Of a DNA stretch of 64,000 nucleotides, positions 28,198 through 45,460 are shown piece after piece. Position numbers and translations under genes: made by a program. The notes under the pieces are model-generated. The model was not told where the DNA came from. It worked only from the letters and a program-made list of their open reading frames with translations, and made no database searches. The stretch's first letter is position 1, and every line of letters begins with the position of its first letter. The stretch is from the human T2T-CHM13v2.0 reference genome, Homo sapiens, in NCBI RefSeq assembly GCF_009914755.1, contig NC_060937.1. One strand, 5' to 3'.

Positions 28198-29318
28198 TCA
28201 GACCTTTTTTAGCCAGGCATTTAAGACTGGCTGAGTGTAACCTTTGCCCTTGGCATTTGGGGGCAAAACCACAGGTATAGGCCAGCCCTGGTATTCGTGG
28301 GAGGATTGCACCATTCAGCAGTGTCAGGTCATGAAGCACAGATTCTCTCCAACAGTGCTTCATAAATACAGCAAGTGAATTTGGGAATGTGGTCTGTTTA
28401 ATTTAAAATTAGCTTCTTTCTCCAGAAGATTTTCTCTTCCCTATGAAAACTGTTTTATCTCTCAGGCCTTTTAATCTTTTATATTTTTTAATAGTTTCTC
28501 TCAGTCTGTTCACTTAAACTCCTGAAATGAAATCACATTCTACATTGATGGAATTGGTCTAAAAAACACACATATGTTCTCTATATTGAGTAAATGCACA
28601 TTACTATCTCCATTTTAAAACATTCTTTCATTTTAAAAAAGGAAATAAAATGGACTTATTATAGGCATAGATCATTACATACACAAAAGAAAGAATCCAT
28701 CCTCAGCTAAGAAATCTGTGGAAAAAATCGTGTATTTTCTCTCATGATTAATTGCGGGCTACCCTGCCTTGCAAAGCCATCATATAAACTATTCAGAGGG
28801 AAGAGGTTAAATAGTTCTATAATATAAAGTCTTGCTGAGGGTGTGGGAAACAGGCATTGCTGGTGGGAGTGTACACTGAAACCCCTTCTTTGTAGTGCAA
28901 TTTGGTAAAATCTGTCAATATTTAATATGAACATACTTTGACATCTTAATCTTATTTCTAGGAATCCATTCTGTCATGAACTTAGCATCCCTGCAAAAGC
29001 TGCCAAGCCAAACCCAGTTTTTTCCGTAATTTTCCTCTGACTCAAAAATGGTATTCTCAGTCCTTGTTAGGCCCATTTTTATTTCTCCACACCATCCATT
29101 CAACACTTTCACAGTGGTAGGAGAATATGAATTGCTCAGTTCTGGGGTGGAGATTTAATCTTAGTTTAAAGATAGAAAACATAACATAGTATAGTGGACT
29201 GGGGAAACTGTTGGGTTATTTGGTCTTGTTATTATTGTTGTTGTTGCCTGCCCAGCACATTTGGTCCCAGTACGCCATTTGCCTTGGGGAACATTTTCCT
29301 AACTCCATATGGTCTGGA

Positions 29319-29402
29319 TGGGGTTGTGCTATGGTCTGAATCTGTCCTCCCAAATGCATGTGGGGTTGTGCTATGGTCTGAATCTGTCCTCCCAAATGCA
29401 TG
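29319..29402. repeat. perfect 42-bp tandem duplication
   Basis: tggggttgtgctatggtctgaatctgtcctcccaaatgcatg x2. Confidence 0.97.
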
Positions 29403-29712
29403 TGTTGGAGACTTAATCCCCAACGCAAGTGTTGGGAGATGGTGACTTTTGGGAGGTGTTTAGGTCATATAGGCTCTGCCCTCATGAATGGATTCATGCC
29501 ATTATAAAAGGGTTTGATGGAAGGAGTTTGAGCCCTTTTGTCCTTCTATCTTCTGCCATAGGAGGACACAGCAAGAAGGCCTTCACCAGATTGCAGATGC
29601 TTGTGCCCTGATTTTGGATTTGCCAGCCTCTAGGGTTGTAAGAAGTGAATATCTGTATTTCTAAAATACCCAGTCTCAGGTATTTTGTTATAGCACCACA
29701 AATGGACTGACA
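29327..29712 (+). mobile_element. MST-family (MSTC/MSTD-like) MaLR solo LTR nested in an older MLT1
   Basis: TGCTATGG..GAAT start, cccagtctcaggtattttgttatagc...gactgaca end, TSD ggttg/gggtg. Confidence 0.85.
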
Positions 29713-30016
29713 GGGTGTCAATTACTTTTTGGCCATGGGATGGTCATGTGATCCAGACTGGGTCACTCATGGTTCATTATATGCTTGATAAACTGATTGG
29801 TTTAAGAATGGCCACGTGATTCCACAGGAACAGCTTTCTTTTGAATTGATATACAAATGTGGTGAGTGAATTGCTTTTCTGCTGGGATGGCTGGGCTGGG
29901 AGAATGTGAATCTGGGGCTACCAGTGGGTGCCTTCCCTGGTTGCATGGAGGAAGCCTGTCTTCAGTGGAAAGGAAAAGAGTGAGGCCAATAGAAAGAGGA
30001 AAACAGAGCAGCCATG

Positions 30017-30091
30017 GAAAGAAAGAGAGAGAGAGAAGGAGAGAGAGAGAGAGATTGAAGGGCAGGGAGAGAGAAGGGAAATGAGAGAGAA
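30017..30091. repeat. GA-rich simple repeat
   Basis: direct reading. Confidence 0.85.
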
Positions 30092-30913
30092 AACAATGTT
30101 ATTTACTATGCGTAAATCTAAATTCATCCCCAGACTTCCCTGTTTTATAAGCCAACTTACTTTCCTTTTCTCTTCCTTAAGTTAGTTTGTCTTGAGTTTC
30201 TGAACTTGCAAGTGGTAGAATCCAGATTGTCACCTGTCTCCTCCTCCTCTTTGAATTCCATCAAGAATCTACTCATATAATGCCTTAGTGAACAATGAAC
30301 ACTTTACTGAATATTTCACTGATAAGAAAAAAGAGAAGGTTGGCAAGGTATTTGCCCAGAACACAGCCTGCAGATCCCCACTGTCATTTCTCATCTCTCC
30401 TTGCCCCATCCTACTATAGGTGGTTTTCCTTCTGATCCTTCCACCTCACAGCCTCCAGCCTCTTTGGTTCCTTCTATATGTAAAACAATGTAGCTACCAT
30501 CTTTTATTACTTGAGCAGTCCCTTGAGATTTTGACTTTGATTCCAAGTACTTTTTCTTTAAAACTAAAACCAATATATCCATTTTATTTTGCATATTAGC
30601 TGGTCTCAAGCCCATAACCCTTAAGACATGACTTTTGGGTAAAGTAGAAGGAAGCATGTGATTCACATCCCATGCATGCCCAAAGCAAGCCACTAGCAAA
30701 CTGCTGCCCTGAGAACAACCAGACAATTATAAATCAAGAAAAAGAGACCAGAAACAAAGATGCTTAGATTATCCCTCAGACAAAGCCTTGATCAGTTTAC
30801 CAGTTCAGCTTCATGGAGGGAAGAAATGGAGCAGAGCATCCAAGAAGGGTTACATCAATGCATCTATGCATGAGACCTTTTATTGTGCAGTGGCTCTGTT
30901 CAGGAGTAAATAT

Positions 30914-32446
30914 CGATGGCGGCAGCAGTCATGATTGCCAACTGCAGTGGGAAAGGTGCAGCAGGGGCTGCAGGATCCATGGAGTTGACAGGAGCAGGGA
31001 ACAGGTGGGGGCTTCTGAGTTGGAGGAGTAGAGCCCTGCCCTCCTGGGCACAGCTGCAGCCACCCTGCCGAGGCTGAGGACCCAGGCATCCCTGTGCTCT
31101 TGGGGACCCAGGAAGCCCCCCGTCCCTGCAGGCTTGAAAGTGCCTGCATCCACTGCTTGGCCTCTCCCTGCTCCCAGTGCCTGCTCCAATTTAGGAGTAA
31201 AGTTGAGGCCAAGTCCAAGCATTGTTGCAACATGGCCAGGTGTGCACATGCCTGGAGCAGCACTGACATGCCAGCCCCCTGCCACCTCAGCTCCCTCCAG
31301 ACTTTGGGCTCCAACATGAGCTCCAGAGGGAGGATGAGGGGGTGCTGAGGACAGCTCTGCAGGGGCCTGCAGGCACCCCTGAGCACAAACAGCTTGGGCA
31401 CCATGGGTGCCATAGAGGGCAGGTTGATGGTGTCAGGAGGCAGACAGGCTTCTGGGTGGAAAGGGACAGATCCCCAGTGAAGCCCTACCTTCAAGCCAGG
31501 GATGGCATGAAGCCGGGGGGCCAGGCTGCCAGTTCTGCAAATGGGGTGAGAATTTATGGTGCTTTTTCCTGGCCCATCCATGGCCACTCACAGATGAATC
31601 AGCATGCACTCCCTCCCCTCTGAAGCCCATAAAAACTCTGCACTCAGCCAGACTCAGGCTGATGATGGAACAACCTGCCTTTTTCAGATAGGAGTTACCC
31701 ACTCTGGGTCTCCTCTCCACTGAGGGCTGGACACTCATTGGTCAACCTGCCTGCAGAAAGGAGCTACCCACTTAGGGTCTCCTGAGAACTGTTCTGCTGC
31801 TCAGCCTCTCTGCCTTGCTCACCATCCACTTGTCTGTGTACCTCATTCTTCCTGGACATGGGACAACAACTCGGGACCTGCCAAATAGCAGGACTAAAAG
31901 AGCTGTAACACAAACAAGGCTGAAATGCATCCCCCAGCTTCCCTCTCACCATGTTGTGGGTGACAAGGAGAGAAGAGCTATGGCCCTTTGGGCATCCCAG
32001 ACTTAGGGGCTCCCTGAACCAAGGCTGTGACAACCTCTTTGGGGTTCTGCAGTTTCTGGCATCTCCAAACTTCCAGGTGCCACCACGTTCCCCTTGTCCA
32101 GATGCAGGTGCCCATAGTGGAAGCTGCGTGCAGTACATCTAGTCCAGCTGCAGTCTTGCATGGAGCTGGTACCTATGCCCATGCCTGGAGCTGCCTGCCC
32201 CACCAGTGTGACTGGCTGTGTGCAGTGTCTGGACCCTGTGCTCACTCACCCACACACCTCTAATTGCTCTGTGACTGGCTGGCACTTGGCAGGTGTGGGA
32301 TCTGGGCCAGTAGTGTGAGCTGAGTGCAGCCTGCTGGGCCAGGTGGGTGGAATGAGCCCAATGAGTGTGAGCAATACTCAGGCAGAAGGCACCCCGGCCA
32401 CAGAGGTTTCTGGCTGGAGAAGTGATACCCCAAGGATTCTGTGACA
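30914..32446 (+). mobile_element. MER52-family ERV1 solo LTR (~1.5 kb)
   Basis: gatggcggcagc start, cccataaaaac TATA-like, ggactaaaagagctgtaacacaaac, end caaggattctgtgaca; TSD atat/acat. Confidence 0.88.
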
Positions 32447-32960
32447 ACATGACCCAGTCAATATTCTGGAATCAAATTAGTATTCTCCCTTTTGGAGAAG
32501 GAGAAAAGAAAGGGAGAAGGATGGTGTGTCAGAAACTATTGATTATTCTCACAATATCAGTTCTTCTTTTCTTTCCCTATAATAGAAGCCCAAAAATTTA
32601 GCTGTGTACTAGCCACTTGGAATAAAAACTACATTTCCAGCTGTGCTTGTAGGTAGGTATGGCATATAGCTAAGTTCCAGACAATGGGATATAAGCATAA
32701 GGTGATGTGTACAACATCCTGAAAAAGTCCTTAGAGATAGGGGATATTTGTTCTTTTTCACTTTTTCCATCTGCTTGGTCAGAATGTGGATGTGATGGCT
32801 GGACCTAAAGTAGCTTCTTGGATCACAGGATGGAAACCATATGTTGAAGATGATAGAGCAACAATTGAGAAAGAGCCTGGGTCTCTGATGACTGTAGAGT
32901 TGCCATACCATACTTTTGTCTTCTATAAGTCACCGTTCGTGTGTTCTCTGCACACTGTAA

Positions 32961-33259
<299 letters not shown>

Positions 33260-33773
33260 GACTGAACCTATCTTAACTGATGCCAGTGGGGATACTATCT
33301 ACTTTATGTGGCAATAATCAAGAAAGCTTTGGACTCTGTGCTACAAAATTTAGATATTTTTGGTGTATATGGTGCATGGGAGCAAATAATAAATTTTTAG
33401 ATATGAAGAGAAATGTCAGAGGAATAAAATTCATTCACATTTGTGATAATGTTGCATTTTCCCTTTACATCACTAAGAATTAAGAGCACAATTTTTTAAA
33501 GTTCATTTCACCACCAAGTGTGACATTTGTAGTAAGTTTTTAATAAGTGTTCTTGATGGTTTAAGAAAGTTTCCTTCTGTTCCTCAATTAAATATTCTTT
33601 TTGTTTATTTTAAAATCATGAATAAATGTTGAATTTTATTAAATGCTTTTATTGGGCATATATTGTGATGATCATATATTTAAAAAATTTTTTAATATGG
33701 CAAATTATATTAATATATTTTTATGCCTTAAACTATCCTTACATTCCTGTGATAAACTGGTTAGTCATAATAA

Positions 33774-34125
33774 TTTTTTAAATTATTATTTTTAATTGAC
33801 TCATAATTTTACATATTTATGGGGTACACGGTGATATTTTGATACATGCATACAATGTGTAATGATCAAATCAAGGTAATTACCATCTCCATCACCTCAA
33901 ACATTTATTATTTCTTCATGTTGGGAACATTCAAAATCTTCTTTTCTAGCTGTTTGAAAATATACAATAAATTATTGTTGACTATAGTCATCCTATAGTG
34001 CTATAGAATGCTAGAACTTATTTCTCCTATTTAACTGTACTTTTGATTCCTTAACCAACCTCTGGCATCCCTTCTTCCCACTATCCTTCCCAGGATCTAG
34101 TACCATCATTCTACTCTCTGCTTCT
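33774..34125 (-). mobile_element. L1MA4/5-like 3' UTR
   Basis: catatttatggggtacac...catcacctcaaacatttat; TSD agtcat(a/g)ataa. Confidence 0.88.
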
Positions 34126-34286
34126 AAGTCATGATAACATTTTTGCATACATTGCTGAATTCAGTTTGCTAAAATTTTATTTATAGGATTTGCATCTATA
34201 TTTATACATAAGCTTACATTCAATTTTTCCTTCTTATATTTTCTTGCCTGGTTCTAAGTGGGGAAATGAGTCTTCTTTTCCATTAG

Positions 34287-34649
<363 letters not shown>

Positions 34650-36169
34650 TAAAACTTGTTTGTAAACTCTTCTGGGCATAGTGTTTCTTGGTATGTTTAT
34701 TTTGTAAACCTTTGAATTAATTTTTTCAAAAGTTATGAGTGGGTTGAAAGTAATCTAGTACCCATGATAAGTCAATACCAGTTTTTTTCAGCAATTGTCT
34801 GTTTGGATTTGTTAGTTGTCCTTTGGTTTCGTCATTGTCTATCCTGTATCAGTTGAATATTTTAAAATATTACTCTTGGATATAGACCTATTCAAGTTTT
34901 TTATTTCTTCTTGAGTCAATTTACATAACTTACATTAAACCAAAAATGCCCTTTTTATCATGAAGTTGTTCATAGTATTTAGTTAAGTTTTAATGATCTT
35001 TATGTTAAACTCTTATTTTTCATATGGTTTATTTGTGCCTTCTTTTCTTGATCAATCTTGTCAGAGAATTACTTAGACTTTCTTATATAATTATAATTTT
35101 GGGGTGTTTACTCCATTCTTTTTTTCTAACTTTTAATTGAACATTTAACTCATCTATTTTCTATCTTAAAAATGTAGACATTTAAAACTATAATTTTTCC
35201 TCTTAGTATCACTATCTGTAATTAATAAGTTTTAAAATGCAATACTCATAGAATGTCATTCAGGTTTAAACACATCTCAAATTTAATTGTAATTGTTTCT
35301 TTCAGACTACTTTGAAATTTCAGTTTCTAATTTTATTGCCTTGTGACCGGTTTATTATGTATGCTATTGATAATTTGTATTTTAAGACTTCTTTTGTGGC
35401 CTAGAAGAGTGCTCAGTTTTTATAAATTCTCTATAGGTGCTCCAAACTTTAATTGTTGGTAAGAGTTCCTCATGTATTCTTATATTAAGCTTGTTAATAT
35501 CATTTTATTCAATTTTTCTATATATTGACTTATTTTTTCTGTCTTCTGTCTTCTCTTTCACCCATCCTAATGAGATTTTCACAATTTCTCCTATTTTTTT
35601 TGCTTTATATGCATATAAGACTATATTGTTCATTGCATATGGGTTCAAGATTATTTGTTACTGATCAATTGTTTTTTTCTGTCACTAAGTCTTAATCCTT
35701 TTTATCACTAAAACCAAAGTTTTTCTTAAAGTATCTATTATCTGATATTACTTTAACTACATCATCTTCATTTTGTATAGTATTTGCCTAGTATATTTTT
35801 CTTTTTTTTTCTTTTTTCTTTCAATTTTTCTGGGTCATTATAATTTGAATGTTTTCTTATAAAAAGCTAATTTTTAAATAGTTTATAAAAAGTTTTCTTT
35901 TAAAAAGCTAATTTAACCCATTTATATTTATTGTAAGTTCTGACATGTTTGGTTTCATGTCTGCTATCTTTTTTTGTGTTTTGCATTTACTATGCTTTGT
36001 TTTTACTTTTCCCTATTACCATCACTTTTCTCTAGTGTATTTGATTTATTAAGTTTTCTTGGGCCCTCAACACTTTATTTTAATTATTTTACTAGTTACC
36101 TTAAATTTTTAGCATGCATAACTGATATGACAAACTCTAAAGTTAATTGTAATATTCTGTTACACTGAA

Positions 36170-36683
36170 CTGTGTCTCTCAGTATTCAGGCCCTTGTGTA
36201 GTCTGCTCCTCTTGAATCTGGGCTTGTCTTTAACCAATAGTATGTGGCAGACGTGACATCAGATCTGAATATAACATTTTAAAAGGCCTAATGGCTTCTG
36301 CTTTTGCACTCTTAGGCGCCATGGGCTAACTTGCTGGAGAGCCACATGGAGAGACTGTATGGAAAAACCACAGGGAGAGGGAGAAGCCTTGAGATCACAT
36401 GGAAGAGAACTGAGGAATTGAGCTGACAATGAGAATTGAGGTCCCAGCCTATGGTCCCAGTTGTGTGTTCCAGCCAGCATCCAGTTGTTTGAACTGCCTC
36501 TATACTAGTAAACAAGTAATTAATTAATACAAGTAAATGAAAACAAGTAATAAAGTAATTAATACAAGTATTAAGTGAGTGAAAAAAAACATTTACCCAC
36601 AGAATTGTGAGCAAATAAAGTGGTGTTGTTTTAAGCCTCTGATACTTGGGATCTATTTCTACATGATGACAGATAACTGAAAT
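36170..36683 (+). mobile_element. MLT1E/F-like MaLR LTR
   Basis: ccttgtgtagtc, cttgaatctgggc, aaccaatag, acccacagaa, gttgttttaagcc, agataactga. Confidence 0.75.
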
Positions 36684-37859
36684 GTTAATGAAATCTTGTC
36701 CCTCATACTAAATTACATACCATTCTTATGCTTTAATTCCAGTTTCTCCCATGCTTGCCAATATTCCATGCTGTAGTCTTTTTATGGTTCTATATTCCCT
36801 TTAAACATCTCAAAATTAATCATTTAAATCAGTTTATAGTTAATAATTCGTTGGATATACCCACATGTTACCCAGTTTTTTTTTTGCTTAATGTTGCTTC
36901 TTATATCCACATACTCATTTTGTGTCCTGTTTCTTGTTTTCTTAATTATATTCCTTTGTTGATTACTCAGCAACAACTGAGTGATAAAAAATGGTAAGCT
37001 CAGTTTTTATTAGCTGAAAAGTCTTCATTTTGTCCTTACATTTAAATCGTAGTTTAGCTTGATATAAAATTTTAGATTGGCATTTATTTTCTCTTAGCAA
37101 TTTGAAGATAACAGACTATTACCATCCGGTTTTTGTTGTTGCTATTGAGTCATGTGCTGTTTGAGTCTAAATTTCATTTCTTCTTAATATATGTGTTTTC
37201 CTCAGGTTGCTTTAACGTTTTTTCTCATTACTCTTCTTATTATGCAGATTCACCATGAAATAGCTAAAATAAATTTCCTTTTTTTTTTTTTTTTTTTGCT
37301 ACTAACTCATACTTCCACAATCTGAAGATTCTTTCATCAGCTTAGGCCTTTTAACTCTAAGGCCATATTCTTTTCACTTGACTAGCTTTTTATTATACAG
37401 CAGTCACACTTCATGGAAGGCATGTAGTTGTGGAGATTTTGCATTACTCAAAATTCATGTAAGTCAAGACAAATCCTTACCACACACAGAGAAATCTTAG
37501 AAATAATAGAAAACAACAGCATGGATTACTTTACAATGTGAATTTAGGTACAGTAAAATGTTTGATCATCAGATATGAAACTGGTGCAAATTTAGCAAAA
37601 TATGAATGGTCTCTTTAAGATTTAATGAGGAAAGAAGACTTGTTTAGGTTGGAAAAACACCGTCTAGGTTTTGAGTCATTCACTTTTATATTTCTTTGAA
37701 ATTAAACAGGTGGAGATTATTTCAGTAATCATTAATGTTTATTTTTCATAAAATGCTAAATATTTTTCTTAACGTTCTGTGCATATTGAATTAGTAAACT
37801 AATATGTGAAAGAAAGTAAACAACTAGCCTAGGTTTTCTGTTCAAAATGTTTTTCTACC

Positions 37860-40915
<3,056 letters not shown>

Positions 40916-41162
40916 TTTCTATAAAAATGCTCTATTAAATAATCTATACATCTTAATTTTTATCTAAAATTCTATTTTATACCCTTTACCTGATTTCTTA
41001 CACAGGGTTACAAGGTAAACTTATTTTGCAGGTTATTTCTGAAAGAGGAAAGAAAATAGTAAGATGGATAAATGTGCTACTAACTAACAAGTAGTAAAAC
41101 GACCCTTCTCGGTTCTGGTGTTTTTTCAGCTGAGTCAGTTATATTAAGAATCATCTTCTCTG

Positions 41163-41423
<261 letters not shown>

Positions 41424-43386
41424 TTATCTTCTATAATTAAAAGAGTATGGTTGTAAAGAAGACACTTCCCTCGAATGTGGTCAGGCAGCATTTTCTTGGT
41501 AATTAAATGGTTAGGATCTTTTTTTCTTAGAATTCATATTGTACATGGCATCATGTGACTGAAGGGACATTTCTCTTGAAGTCTATCTGTACTATCTTTC
41601 TACAGCTGCAAAATTGTTCTCTCCACTGCACTTGTAGTAATGATGATTACTATTATTAATACTAATAGCCCCAACAACATTATGCAGTATAATGGCTCCA
41701 GTGATTATACTGAGAAGTTTGATGGAATTATTTTCCTGAGCTCATTCTAAAATTTCTTCTTGCTCAATATTATCTTGTTATTTCTGTTCATTTGTCCCTT
41801 ACAATCTCCTACCTATTATTTCCCTGTAATTAGAAGCTCATGGGGGTGAGGCTTTTTCATTTTGGTTTCCTCTTCACTGCCTGGAGCACTGTGGGCACGG
41901 TTTCACTTTTGATGTTGACATCTTCAAATGGAGACTAGTGGCTTCACAAGTTAGGACAGTCACTGCATCAACCAGGACTAATTTGATAATATTCCTCAAG
42001 CTCATTATAATATTGGCTCTTTCCCAAACACCTTGATTTTTTGAGAGATTAGTACTAAGAAACCAGACTTACTCATTCCATTAAGACTTTGAAAATCCAA
42101 CCCAAAATGCTCAGTCATTTTTTGTGACTCTATTTGCAGTAATATTTAATTTTTAAAATATTTAAGGTCATGATAAATTTGTCATTTACCAAGTAAACAT
42201 TGATAAATATTGATATTACTATTTTTAGGTTTATTGTTATGTAGCATCTGAATCAGTGAATTTACACACTCTTAATCAGGGGAATAAAGTACACAAAAAA
42301 ATTCAGCAGCAATTGCACCATTTACTGCTCTGATGTTTTTGAAAAAGGAAGTAAGTGACTGAGATACACAAAACAACCCATGCAACTTGAAGCAAATGTA
42401 TCTAAACTACAGTAAAGTGACAGGAAAAATAAACTAGATGTTGCTCCTGAAAGGACCATTTTCTCTACTGGACCTGTCAAAACAGTGAACCCAATGACAG
42501 TGTTTAGAAAATGTTCACTGAAATGGACTCACAGACCAAAAGTATACAGAAACCTGCTGTTGAAAGCTATTCTTTCAGGATGACGATGATAAATCAAAAA
42601 ACAAGTCTACTGCAAATAGAAATTATGTGGACCAGTGTCTTCTTCACTGAATATCACCTTCATAGAAAATGTGATACACCCTGATTTGAGATGTTTAGTC
42701 GCTTATCTGCAGGAAGCAACACTCACCTCAGAGAAGGAAACCTCAAACCACTCGCATGAGAGTTAGCTCCCATAGAGGTAGTGAGAGCTGCCTCTGAACC
42801 ACAGAAGTACTTACTCATGCAAAGTGTGGCTTCATATTTGAACCAGGGAGATTCAGGTGTGGGTTTCTGTTCTGCCATGGAGTAAACCTCTCTGCCCAAA
42901 ATTGCAGACTCAAACTTGGTACAATTTCCTCAGACCAACTAAATAATACGCCTAAGCTTGGACAAAGTCTATGGGAACACCAAAAAATTTTTTAATGATT
43001 TCTTACCTGAAGGGAGAAGGAACCTAATTATAGTAGTGTCATACAGGGTAAAGGTGGACAAGGTTAATATAATACAGCAGATGTGGCTTGAAACTGGGCA
43101 GTGGAGGCTGCAGAACAAGGGCTCCTGACCATTGCAGCTGTCTAGATTAACTTAGATGTTAGGCAATGCCATTTCCCATCTCTGTCTAGAATGATAGGCC
43201 TCTTCAACCACAATGGTCTCTTTGCCTTGAATTCTTCCTATCAGATTTCTTTTTCAATGATATCTCTACTCAAGATTGCTGAAACCAAAAGCAACTGGCA
43301 GAAAACATTTTATTTCCAGCAATACTTGACTATCTCCTCTATTGGTCAAAATGGTTTCAAATGCAATCAGTTCTTCATTTAAATCA

Positions 43387-43688
43387 GGCCGGGCACGGTG
43401 GCTTACACCTGTAATCCCAGCACTTTGGGAGGCCGAGGCGGGTGGATCACCTGAGGTCAGGAGTTCAAGACCAGCCTGGCTAACATGGCAAAACCCTGTC
43501 TCTACTAAAATACAAAAATTAGCCGGGTGTGGTGGTGCATGCCTGTAGTCCCAGCTACTCGGGAGTCTGAGGCAAGAGAATCACTTGAATCTGGGAGGTG
43601 GAGATTGCAGTGAGCCTAGACTGCGCCACTGCACTCCAGCCTGGGCAACAGAGCAAGACTCTGTCTCAAAAAAAAAAAAAAAAAAAAA
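43387..43688 (+). mobile_element. AluSx-like
   Basis: full dimer, poly-A, TSD aaatca. Confidence 0.95.
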
Positions 43689-45251
43689 TCACAAAATGAT
43701 GAACTTGATTTTCTTTCTTCTTCACTGAACTTAAATGTACCCAATATCTAAATGTTCCTAGAAATCTGTATTGAAGCCATAAATAATATACTTTTCTCTA
43801 TGCCCAGATCTCTGTACTACAAACCTCTTTCTAAGAGATACATATAATGTCTAGCACTACTGGTGCTACTGGTGTAAAAATCTTCCTTTATTTGCCATGG
43901 TCCCTTATTATCATCATGGCCCCTTACTGTTATCATGTCTAGCTATAAAAAGTCTCAATTTAATTAGCAAATAGATTTCTTTATTGTCCAAATGTCCAAA
44001 AATAATATAAATCCATGGTCTAATGGAAAAACATGGGAAAATTTCTGTCTTTTCTTTTGTTTTTTTTGGTCAACAGCTGTCTGCTGACCTTAGATAAATC
44101 ACCAGATCACCCTGACTCCCAGCTTCCTCATCTGTAATATAAAAGGACTGGTCTAGGTAAACCCCAAAGTCTCTCCCTGCTCTAAAAATTCCCAGTTCTA
44201 CAGAGGACCAAGAGAAAGTAATTTCTTCCCTAATTATTCTATAAAGTTTCCAATTATCAATCCCATTCTTCTGGTTGCTTTGTATTCAAGGCTGGATTGC
44301 TATAATTATTTAAGGGTAATTATCATATTTAAATATAAGTGTTTAAACTATAAGGGACCATGGCCGTAGGAACCTTAGCATTAATTAGGCCATGTGAGAC
44401 TTCCTTAAATTAAAAAATAAAAAAACTTTTCTGTTTCATCAACTATCAAGTCATCTGAGCTTGCTCTGGCCTTGATAAGCTTTTAATAAGCTGTGTGACT
44501 CACCCGGAAGACAGAGCAATAGATTCTGCTAGTGTTTTAGACGGTTTGTTGGTAAAAGTGCCCAAGGGAAGATAGGATATACAGTTGCCCATCAGCATCT
44601 TGGAGAGAGATTGAAAATGAAATTGCTACTTCAAAGGCAGAAAAACACAATGTCCTCAAGTTTCTTATGTAGAAATAATGATAAATAAATGCTATCTTAT
44701 CTCTGGAGAAATTGGCAATAATGTCCCAGCTAAGGAAAAGTGATGATAATAAGGGGCCATGGCAAATAAAGAAGGATGTTTACACCAGTTTAAAAAGATC
44801 ATCTTTCCCTGTTTCCTTTCCTCTTTTGACTGCTGACCTGCTGTATTATAACAGTGATAAGAGACACTTTGAGAGGTTTTACAAATACTGACTCTGCAAC
44901 TTGGAGTTATCAGTAACTTTGTCCTGTGTCCTTTCTTTAGGCAAGAGAAAATAAAAACAAATGCGCACTGCAGTTTATCTTAGAATTGAGTATTGTGAGG
45001 GGAAAAAGGGGCCTAAAAAAGTCACAGATATATTTGACTAGAGGAAGTAGGAATACAGTTTAAGACCAAGACTATGATAGCTCAAACTGTTATGACCACT
45101 CAATATTTTCTGCTTTTTAAAATGTAGTTGATACCTGCCTTATGATAATGTAGGTAATTGCTAAGCATGAAATGGTAAGACGATTGTACAGATTTCAGGT
45201 GATTGTAACCCAAGATGGTTAGCCAATTTGAACAATATTATTTGTGTATAT

Positions 45252-45460
45252 CAGTGTATCTATTCATGGATGAGTTTGTCTCTCAGGAGACATTTGGCAA
45301 TTCCTGGAGACATTTTTGGTTGTCACAACTTTGGAAGGTCTGCTGGCATTCAGTGAGTAGAGGTCAGAGGTGCTGCTAATCATCTTTCAATGCACAGGAA
45401 AGCCCCCAACGACAGTCACCCAGTCCGACATGTCAATAGTGCTGAAGCTGAGAAACCCTG
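45252..45460 (+). mobile_element. MER20 (hAT-Charlie)
   Basis: gacatttggcaa..tggagacatttttggttgtcacaac...tgtcaatagtgc..tgagaaaccctg. Confidence 0.88.

Noticed and set aside
29319-29402. Direct repeats as a possible CRISPR array (also 19241-19380 and 12951-13170)
   Set aside because: Eukaryotic DNA, only 2-3 units, adjacent or diverged copies, no cas genes
30914-32446. Second CpG island
   Set aside because: GC-rich but CpG-depleted (TG/CA decay); it is an LTR
30880-32450. Cluster of long ORFs, including the 235-aa minus-strand ORF
   Set aside because: All lie within the GC-rich MER52 LTR; overlapping frames on both strands and no recognisable domain
42579-42593. GATGACGATGATAAA (DDDDK, FLAG/enterokinase-like) after a ttctttcag acceptor
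   Set aside because: No DYK upstream, no vector context, frame closes quickly; chance match
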